Assembly (NCBI RefSeq): GCF_021054785.1
Contig: NZ_CP088239.1
Coordinates: 1,980,001 to 2,012,000 of the forward strand
Direction: 5' to 3'
From: Tannockella kyphosi
GTDB lineage: Bacteria; Bacillota_I; Bacilli_A; Erysipelotrichales; Coprobacillaceae
Length of the DNA: 32,000 nt
Shown: positions 25,170 to 31,569 of the stretch, piece by piece
Numbering within the stretch: position 1 is the stretch's first letter
Layout: each line of letters starts with the position of its first letter
Notes under the pieces: generated by a model
What the model saw: only the letters and a program-made list of their open reading frames with translations
Database searches by the model: none
What the model was told of the DNA's origin: nothing
Position numbers and translations under genes: made by a program

Positions 25170-26924
25170 TTAAACATGTTTTTTAGAGTTTTTAGCAGAA
25201 ATAATTAATCCCATTCCAGCTACGAATACTACTACTCCTACTGCTACAAATACAAATCTACTTGCAAACTCATTTGGTATAAAGAACATACACGTTATAG
25301 CAACCCCTGCTGTAGCTAATAATCCGCCTAATGTTTTTCTTTGTCTACAATCAGATTCAATTACTTCTGGATCTTCTTCATCTACAACTACTGGCGTATT
25401 TGTATTTTCGAAGAATAAATCAACTTCTTTTTGACGTTCTGGAGAATATCCTTTAAAGAATAATTGACTTAATAAGAAGAATGGTGTTGTAATACATCCA
25501 TGTAATACTACTCCTAAAGTAAGAGAAGACATATCACTATACTCTGCTGCAGTTAAAGGTATACCAATTACTGCACTTACCATATCTGCATTACATACAA
25601 ATGCAATAAAGTAAGATACTGCCATACCTACTACTAATGTTCCCCATCCAGCCCAATCAGGTGTTTTCTTAATAAAGAATCCTAATAAAGATGGAATTAA
25701 CATTGGTAAAGCTAATAAAGAACCAACCATTGTTGTAACATTAAATAAACTAGTATTTTCTAAACTATTAATAAATATCCCTACTGCAATAATAGTAATA
25801 CCAAATAATAAAGTCATTACTTTTCCTAATTTCAACATATGTTCATCTGATGCATTTTCATTAATAAATACTTTATATACATTACGTACAATAATACCAG
25901 CATTTTTATTTAATGCTGAATCCATTGATGACATAGTTGCCGCAAACATAGCCGACATCATTAACCCAACCATTCCGACTGGCATAAAGTCACGAACAAA
26001 TACATAATATGTTGCATCTGTAATACTACTTCCTAATGCTTCTAATCCCCATGTTGCTGTATCAGGATTAAATGCTGCTACAAACCAAGCTGGTACAAAC
26101 CATAACAAAGGTCCTACAAACATTAAAGTACATGCTAGTAATGCTGCTTTTTTTGCATTTTTTGTATCTTTTGCACACATATAACGATAAGAATCAATCA
26201 TATTGTTTGTTGATAAGAATTGTTTTACAAAAGAACATAATACCCATGCCCAGAATAACCACATATAGTTATAATCTGATCCTGTTACAATTCCTGCTGG
26301 TAAACCTTCTGCAAAAATAACACTAATTCCACCTGCTTTAATAACTGCAACTACTGTTGCTACTACTGATACTGCCATAATGATAACCATCTGTAAGAAG
26401 TCAGAAGCTACTACCGCCCAAGCTCCACCTGTTACTGACATTAATACTACAATTGCACCAGTGATAACGATTGTTATATTCATTTCTACATTGAATACTG
26501 CTGCTGCAAACACTGCTAAACCATTTAGCCAAATACCAGCTTGAATAATACTAATTGGTAATGACGCTAATGTGAAAGCTTGTTCATTTACTTTACCATA
26601 ACGTAAACGAATTCCTTCAATTGGAGTAACCACTCGAAGTTGTCTTGACTTCGCTGCAAAGAATAAATAATTTCCTAAATAACCTACTGCATTTCCAAAG
26701 AAAATTGCTAATACAGCAAATCCATCTGTAAATGCTTTTCCTGCTGCACCTGTAAAAGTCCAAGCACTAAATTGTGTCATAAACGCTGTAGCACCTACCA
26801 TCCACCACAACATCTTTCCACCACCTTTGAAATAGTCACTAGTTGAACTTGAGAAAGTTCGAAAAATCCAACCAATTGCCATTAAAAAGACAAAATAAAC
26901 GCATACTACTAGAATATCAATCAC
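25170..26924 (-). CDS. Sodium:solute symporter (SSS) family transporter, paralog A
   Basis: About 85 percent aa identity to paralog B by eye. I placed the start at the GTG at 26924 (VIDILVVCVYF, aligning with MIDILVVCVYF of paralog B), which has an AGGAGG 7 nt upstream. The 18-codon ORF-track extension to 26978 is not conserved. Confidence 0.8.
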   Translation of the reverse strand: MIDILVVCVYFVFLMAIGWIFRTFSSSTSDYFKGGGKMLWWMVGATAFMTQFSAWTFTGAAGKAFTDGFAVLAIFFGNAVGYLGNYLFFAAKSRQLRVVTPIEGIRLRYGKVNEQAFTLASLPISIIQAGIWLNGLAVFAAAVFNVEMNITIVITGAIVVLMSVTGGAWAVVASDFLQMVIIMAVSVVATVVAVIKAGGISVIFAEGLPAGIVTGSDYNYMWLFWAWVLCSFVKQFLSTNNMIDSYRYMCAKDTKNAKKAALLACTLMFVGPLLWFVPAWFVAAFNPDTATWGLEALGSSITDATYYVFVRDFMPVGMVGLMMSAMFAATMSSMDSALNKNAGIIVRNVYKVFINENASDEHMLKLGKVMTLLFGITIIAVGIFINSLENTSLFNVTTMVGSLLALPMLIPSLLGFFIKKTPDWAGWGTLVVGMAVSYFIAFVCNADMVSAVIGIPLTAAEYSDMSSLTLGVVLHGCITTPFFLLSQLFFKGYSPERQKEVDLFFENTNTPVVVDEEDPEVIESDCRQRKTLGGLLATAGVAITCMFFIPNEFASRFVFVAVGVVVFVAGMGLIISAKNSKKHV

Positions 26925-26986
26925 GATAATTCCTCCTAAATTTTCTTTTCTACCATTGAAATCAAAAGACATTCTCATTGTCTATA

Positions 26987-27009
26987 ATTCATATATATGA
27001 ACTAAGTTT
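26987..27009 (-). promoter_or_regulatory. Composite operator O2 of symporter A
   Basis: The plus strand reads attcatatatatgaactaagttt. It lies 63 nt upstream of the GTG start. Confidence 0.55.
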
Positions 27010-27139
27010 TACAATGTCTACAAAAAATAAATTATTGAATGAATACTTACTGCCATAAGTATTCTATTGAATAATCTTTTGATCCCGTTTCTTAAACTTT
27101 ATACACCGGTATGTATCAGTTAAACGTTGATGATAAATT

Positions 27140-27206
27140 GTTCACATATACGAACCTGGTTTATCATTTACAACTAAAGTATAGTATGTCCTTTTTCTTT
27201 TGTCAA
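27140..27206 (-). promoter_or_regulatory. Symporter A promoter (TTGACA-17-TATACT, 27178-27206) plus operator O1 (27140-27162)
   Basis: The minus strand reads aTTGACAaaagaaaaaggacatacTATACTttagttgtaaatgatAAACCAGGTTCGTATATGTGAAC. Confidence 0.55.
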
Positions 27207-27372
27207 TGAGTTATAGTTACTTTTGTGCACTTTTTCTCAAGGGATTTTTTTATAACCGTTTTCAATATCCTATTTTTCTTTATATTATATGTATTTTTTG
27301 ACTTTTTTATGAACCTTTATTTTTTAAATTTTTTTTCATTCATTTATACAATATATCGTATTTTCCTATACA

Positions 27373-27428
27373 AAAATGTAAGGACTTACATTTTAGATAA
27401 AATAAAAACTAGAAGTGTTCTAGTTTTT
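27373..27428. terminator. Two tandem hairpins downstream of the IclR gene (terminators)
   Basis: The first is aaaaactagaa-gtg-ttctagttttt (27404-27428), which overlaps the iclR stop and is followed by a U-rich tail on the minus strand. The second is aaaatgtaag-ga-cttacatttt (27373-27394). Confidence 0.7.
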
Positions 27429-28176
27429 ATCCTCTGTACCCTAATGATTTCGATACATTATTCGCTATTAATTGTAATTCATTTGCCATTGCTTCATTGT
27501 CCATTTTCTCGTTATATACATCAGAAAGTGAAAGCGCCACGACTACTTTTCCAGTATAGTCAAATACTGGTACACCACAACAACTAGAAATACTACGATC
27601 TTCTTGCATCTCTATTGCATACCCTCTTTGTCTAGTAATATCTAATTCTTTGATCAATTTTTCTTTATCATTAATCGTATGTTCTGTTAAATGTTTAAAT
27701 TCAATTTTATCAAGGATAACTTGTCTTTCTTTTTCTGGTAAAAACGCTAAAATAGCTTTTCCACTAGCAGTTGCATAGACATCTTTTCTAGCACCTAACG
27801 CACATGTTGCAAGCACTGCTTTAGGGGCAACATATTTACCCATGAAAACTAAATCTGTTCCATCTAAAATACTTACAAATGCTGTTTTATCATATTTATC
27901 AGCAATTGGTTTTAAACCTGCAAGACACTGATCTACGACATCTAACCCATTATAATATTTCATACCTAATGAAAAAGCTTTTACACCTAAACAGTATTTC
28001 TTTTCATTATAAGGCATTGTTCTTACGTAATTTAATTCATGCAATGACTGCACTATTACAAAGACACTACTTTTAGGATATCCGAATTCATTGACGATAT
28101 CTTGTAATGTTACTCCTTCTTTTTTTTCACTAATATATTCTAGTATTTGCATGCTTCTAAATATTGTATTATTCAT
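27427..28176 (-). CDS. IclR-family transcriptional regulator (KdgR-like by context)
   Basis: 249 aa with an N-terminal wHTH (FRSMQILEYISEKKEGVTLQDIVNEFGYPKSSVFVIVQSLHELNYV) and a C-terminal IclR effector domain. Confidence 0.85.
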   Translation of the reverse strand: MNNTIFRSMQILEYISEKKEGVTLQDIVNEFGYPKSSVFVIVQSLHELNYVRTMPYNEKKYCLGVKAFSLGMKYYNGLDVVDQCLAGLKPIADKYDKTAFVSILDGTDLVFMGKYVAPKAVLATCALGARKDVYATASGKAILAFLPEKERQVILDKIEFKHLTEHTINDKEKLIKELDITRQRGYAIEMQEDRSISSCCGVPVFDYTGKVVVALSLSDVYNEKMDNEAMANELQLIANNVSKSLGYRG

Positions 28177-28190
28177 CTTAACCTCCCAAT

Positions 28191-28251
28191 AAACTTAGTT
28201 CATAAATAAGAACTCCTATGTTATTGTATGTCTTTAAGGGCGGAAAGTCAA
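28191..28251 (-). promoter_or_regulatory. iclR promoter (TTGACT-17-TACAAT, 28223-28251) with one composite operator downstream of the -10 (28191-28213)
   Basis: The plus strand at 28191 reads aaacttagttcataaataagaac. It is the same 23-bp motif as at the symporter genes, but inverted relative to the direction of transcription. Confidence 0.55.
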
Positions 28252-28320
28252 TCACTAACAACTAATTTTTTAATAAATACAACCGCTTTCAATATTCTTC
28301 TTTTATTTATCTTTTTAGAC

Positions 28321-28361
28321 AAAAAAAAGGATAGAGAAATTATGTTTCTTTGTCCTTTTTT
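28321..28361. terminator. Terminator downstream of the second FabT-like gene
   Basis: The sequence A8-ggatagagaaa-ttatg-tttctttgtcc-T6 forms a 13-position stem with 11 pairs, flanked by A and T runs. Confidence 0.65.
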
Positions 28362-28365
28362 ATTA

Positions 28366-28833
28366 TTATGATTTGTTTTTTTCTTTAAATCCTTTAAAGA
28401 ATACAGTTAGATTCCTTAAGGAATCAATAAGATGTTTATCTTCTAGAGAAGATGTATCACTACATATACTATCAATCATTTCTTGATGGAATTTAGTATG
28501 AATTGCAATTGCTTTTTTACCTTTTTCAGTGAGAATAACACGCATAATACGACGATCTCTTTCATCTTTTATTCTTTGAACACATTTTTTTTCTTCTAAT
28601 TTTTTAATTGCTGTTGTAACAGTTCCATTTGTTAGAGTTGCTTTTTTAGCTAATGAAGACATTGTTGGATTTTCAATACTTTCTATTGTTTCTAACATAT
28701 GTATTTCTGTTACAGTTAAATTCTTTACTCCGTGTTCTTGTAAATAATCTTCTTCTATATCTAATATTTCATTAAATAATGTTACTAGTAACTCATTTAT
28801 GATTTGTCTTTGATTTTCATCATGATTTGACAT
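28366..28833 (-). CDS. MarR-family regulator, FabT-like paralog (copy 2)
   Basis: 155 aa, roughly 60 percent identical by eye to the fab-operon FabT. The wHTH segment PTMSSLAKKATLTNGTVTTAIKKLEEKKCV matches copy 1 at 28 of 30 residues. A promoter candidate TTTACT-17-TATAAT lies upstream. Confidence 0.8.
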   Translation of the reverse strand: MSNHDENQRQIINELLVTLFNEILDIEEDYLQEHGVKNLTVTEIHMLETIESIENPTMSSLAKKATLTNGTVTTAIKKLEEKKCVQRIKDERDRRIMRVILTEKGKKAIAIHTKFHQEMIDSICSDTSSLEDKHLIDSLRNLTVFFKGFKEKNKS

Positions 28834-28936
28834 AATGTGCCTCCTATCGATGCTTTTCTATTTTTAATTATAGCCTATCCATTCCTTCAAGTAAATAGAT
28901 ACACTTTTTAATAGAACTTATTATGTCAAATTAAGT

Positions 28937-28960
28937 AAAAAAAATAGCCTTTCGACTATT
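28937..28960 (-). terminator. Terminator overlapping the permease stop codon
   Basis: The minus strand reads AATAGTCgaaaGGCTATTTTTTTTT, a 7-bp stem (one G-U pair), a GAAA loop and a U8 tail. Confidence 0.6.
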
Positions 28961-30236
28961 CTTCTTCTATATCATCTCTAAATAATAAGTTTAATACAAC
29001 TCCTACAATTGCTGATAAAGCTGTACCTGATAAAGTAGCACTTCCTGCAATAGGGAATACTGCTCCTCCTAAACCAACTACTAACATTGCCGAAGCAATA
29101 ATTAAGTTTCTTGATTTTGAGAAATCAATTTTGTTATCAACTAAGATTCTTAAACCATTACTTGCAATAACACCATATAATAAAATACTCATCCCACCTA
29201 ATACACAAGTTGGAATTGAATTAATAATAACTGTTACATAATCTAAACATGATAATAAGATTGCGATACAGGCAGCTCCACAAGTTACATAAACAGAACC
29301 TATTTTTGTCATACCAATAACACCTGTATTTTCACCATAAGTAGTATTTGCAGGTCCTCCTAAGAATGCAGAGAATGCCGTTGCTACACCATCACCAATT
29401 AAAGTTTTATCAATACCTGGATCTTTTAAGAAGTTTTTACCACAGATTTTACCTAATACAGTATGATCTCCAATATGTTCAGAAATAGTTACAATTGCTA
29501 CTGGTAAAATAGCTAATGTTTCTGGTCCAAAATAGAATTCATATTGTCTGAATCCTTCCACATAGAATGGGAAAGCAAAATCAGGAATTGCAAAGAAACT
29601 AGCTGTAGCTAATCCACTTAAATCAACTAAACCTAATACCCATGCTACTAAATATCCTACAACAATAGCTGCTAAAAAAGGAATAATTTTTAAGAATCCT
29701 TTTGCATAAACAGATACACCTGCAGCTACTAAGAAAGTAATAATTGCTACTACCATTTGAGGTACTGTCCCATCACTTGTAAATCCAGCATTTGATACAG
29801 CAGAACTTGCTAAACTTAATCCAATAACTGCAATCATAGGACCAATTACAATAGGAGGTAATAATTTATCCACCCATGCTGTTCCAACAAACTTAATAAT
29901 AATGGCTACAATAATATAAATTAACCCTACTAACATTAATCCTGTTTGAGCAGCTGAAATATTTCCACCCATCGCTTCTACTGCTAAAACAACTGCAGTA
30001 ATATAAGCAAATGATGATCCTAAATAAACAGGAACTTTTCCTTTTGTACAAATAGTATAAATGATTGTTCCACATCCAGAAGCAAATAATGCTACTGATA
30101 CTGGAAAACCAGTTAAGATAGGTACTAATACAGTTGCTCCAAACATTGCAAATACATGTTGGAAACTTAATAATAACCATAATCCTGCTTTTGGTTTTTC
30201 ATTTACATCAACGATTAAATTCTTTTTTTCTTCCAT
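28956..30236 (-). CDS. Uracil/xanthine permease (NCS2 family)
   Basis: About 426 aa with 12-14 TM segments and NCS2 patterns (FQHVFAMFGATVLVP, GENTGVIGMTK). I prefer the ATG at 30236 for its RBS spacing (AGGAGA plus 7 nt). The ORF-track start is 30242. Confidence 0.85.
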   Translation of the reverse strand: MEEKKNLIVDVNEKPKAGLWLLLSFQHVFAMFGATVLVPILTGFPVSVALFASGCGTIIYTICTKGKVPVYLGSSFAYITAVVLAVEAMGGNISAAQTGLMLVGLIYIIVAIIIKFVGTAWVDKLLPPIVIGPMIAVIGLSLASSAVSNAGFTSDGTVPQMVVAIITFLVAAGVSVYAKGFLKIIPFLAAIVVGYLVAWVLGLVDLSGLATASFFAIPDFAFPFYVEGFRQYEFYFGPETLAILPVAIVTISEHIGDHTVLGKICGKNFLKDPGIDKTLIGDGVATAFSAFLGGPANTTYGENTGVIGMTKIGSVYVTCGAACIAILLSCLDYVTVIINSIPTCVLGGMSILLYGVIASNGLRILVDNKIDFSKSRNLIIASAMLVVGLGGAVFPIAGSATLSGTALSAIVGVVLNLLFRDDIEEE

Positions 30237-30257
30237 CTTCATCTCTCCTTTATTCTT

Positions 30258-30284
30258 AAAAAAAAAGACCAGAAAAGGTCTTTT
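30258..30284 (-). terminator. Intrinsic terminator between rpsR and the permease gene
   Basis: The minus strand reads AAAAGACCttttctGGTCTTTTTTTTTaag, an 8-bp stem with a U9 tail. It fills nearly all of the 46-nt gap. Confidence 0.75.
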
Positions 30285-30288
30285 CTAA

Positions 30289-30519
30289 TTATTCACCAAC
30301 GTATGGTAATAAAGCCATTTGTCTAGAACGTTTGATAGCAGTAGCTAACATTCTTTGGTATTTAGCGCTTGTACCAGTTACACGTCTAGGGATAATTTTC
30401 CCATTAGCTGAGATAAATCTTTTTAATAACTCAACATCTTTATAATCAATATAAGTTACTTTATTTTTAGTGAAGAAACATACTTTTTTTCTTCCCATTC
30501 TTTGTCTTTTGAATGCCAT
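30289..30519 (-). CDS. rpsR: 30S ribosomal protein S18
   Basis: 76 aa. The pattern is [42 protein letters not shown]. Confidence 0.97.
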   Translation of the reverse strand: MAFKRQRMGRKKVCFFTKNKVTYIDYKDVELLKRFISANGKIIPRRVTGTSAKYQRMLATAIKRSRQMALLPYVGE

Positions 30520-30537
30520 TTTGAAATTCTCCTTTCG

Positions 30538-31068
30538 TTAAAATGGTAAATCATCTTCCATGATTGCATATGAATTATCAGAATTTCCAAATTCTTCTTG
30601 TAAATTCCTTGTTGGTTGTACAGGTTGTGCCTGTGCTACCGGTGGTGCATCATAGTAATTGTTGTTATTTTGTGGTTGTTGTTGGTATCCACCTTGAGGT
30701 TGTTGATAACCTTGTTGGTATCCGCCTTGTTGTTGGTTTGCTTCTCTAGCCCCTTTTGTTTCAAGGAATTGAACAGAGTCACATACAACTTCTACAACAT
30801 ACACTTTTTGTCCTTGAGCATTATCATATGATCTTGATTGAAGTCTTCCTTCAACCCCTACCAATGAACCCTTAGAACAATATTTTTTTACATTTTCTGC
30901 TACTTTATTCCAAACAGTACAATTAATAAAGTCTGCTTGTTGTCCGTTTGTAGAATTATAATTTCTATTCATTGCTAAGGTAAAGCTAGTTACAGAGGCG
31001 TTATTACCTACTGTTCTTAGTTCAGGATCTCTTGTCATCCTTCCTACTAATACTACTCTGTTTATCAT
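30538..31068 (-). CDS. ssb: Single-stranded DNA-binding protein
   Basis: 176 aa with an OB fold (MINRVVLVGRMTRDPELR), a Gly/Gln/Tyr-rich linker and an acidic tip DDLPF. Confidence 0.97.
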   Translation of the reverse strand: MINRVVLVGRMTRDPELRTVGNNASVTSFTLAMNRNYNSTNGQQADFINCTVWNKVAENVKKYCSKGSLVGVEGRLQSRSYDNAQGQKVYVVEVVCDSVQFLETKGAREANQQQGGYQQGYQQPQGGYQQQPQNNNNYYDAPPVAQAQPVQPTRNLQEEFGNSDNSYAIMEDDLPF

Positions 31069-31081
31069 TGTTAGCTCCTCC

Positions 31082-31363
31082 TTATTTGCGAAGAGTTAAT
31101 TGACGTAGAACAGAATCATTGATTTTAGAAATACGATCAAATTCTTTAATGTTAGCTGGTGTAGTTGTTGTTTCAATAACTACATAGTAACCTTTTGAGA
31201 ATTTTTTTACTTCGTAAGCTAAATCACGTAATCCCCATTCGTTAACTGAATCAATAGTACCGTTATCTGTAGCTAAAATTGCTTTTAACGTTTCGATAAC
31301 TGTATTTCTTGCTTCTTCTTCAACGTCAGGTTTTACAATAAACATAATTTCATACTTGTTCAT
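31082..31363 (-). CDS. rpsF: 30S ribosomal protein S6
   Basis: 93 aa with the motifs MNKYEIMFIVKPD and WGLRDLAYEV. Confidence 0.97.
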   Translation of the reverse strand: MNKYEIMFIVKPDVEEEARNTVIETLKAILATDNGTIDSVNEWGLRDLAYEVKKFSKGYYVVIETTTTPANIKEFDRISKINDSVLRQLTLRK

Positions 31364-31468
31364 TTTTATACCTCCTATGGTCTATTGGCCTATTCTCTTT
31401 TGGAATAGACAGGCAGTAAATTTTTTTACATGCTCAACGATTATAGCATACTTTATTTTAATTATCAA
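31364..31468 (-). promoter_or_regulatory. rpsF promoter (TTGATA-17-TATAAT, 31440-31468) and a structured 5' leader of about 70 nt
   Basis: In the leader RNA, the segment GUCUAUUC can pair with GAAUAG, or with AAUAGAC next to the RBS (CAUAGGAGG). Three AUAG repeats are present. Confidence 0.5.
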
Positions 31469-31569
31469 TATTATATTGGAAAATAGGCACTTTTTTACAT
31501 TCTATTTTTCATTAATAAATCATCATCCTTCCATCTATTTATGATATACTCTTTTGTGAGGTGAAAACA

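Larger units (their letters stand above)
23140..27206 (-). repeat. Tandem duplication of a unit of about 2 kb (promoter, two operators and SSS gene), two copies
   Basis: The coding regions are collinear with a single-codon length difference. The promoter cores share aactcaTTGACAaa. The leader segments share aattattttttgta. Confidence 0.8.

Noticed and set aside
27225-27587. A 120-aa plus-strand ORF in the long intergenic region, running into the 3' end of iclR.
   Set aside because: Its F/I/L/Y-rich sequence comes from translating T-tracts. It has no RBS, overlaps the two terminator hairpins and 160 nt of the IclR gene, and starts inside the symporter promoter region.
29893-30180. A 95-aa alternative-frame ORF inside the permease gene, plus plus-strand ORFs at 30061-30288, 30564-30749, 30616-30831 and 31356-31544.
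   Set aside because: They are nested in or antisense to strongly supported genes (the NCS2 permease and ssb) or lie in the rpsF promoter region. None has independent support.
30262-30286. A CCAGAAAAGG loop resembling the PyrR-binding motif (CCAGAGAGG), just upstream of the uracil permease.
   Set aside because: That reading is on the plus strand. The transcribed (minus-strand) RNA has GACC-UUUUCU-GGUC, so the PyrR-like loop is not present in the mRNA. The hairpin is simply the rpsR terminator.
30610-30740. Repetitive DNA encoding GGYQQGYQQPQGGYQQQPQNNNN in ssb.
   Set aside because: This is the normal low-complexity Gly/Gln-rich linker of bacterial SSB proteins ahead of the acidic DDLPF tip. 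It is not a mobile or regulatory repeat.
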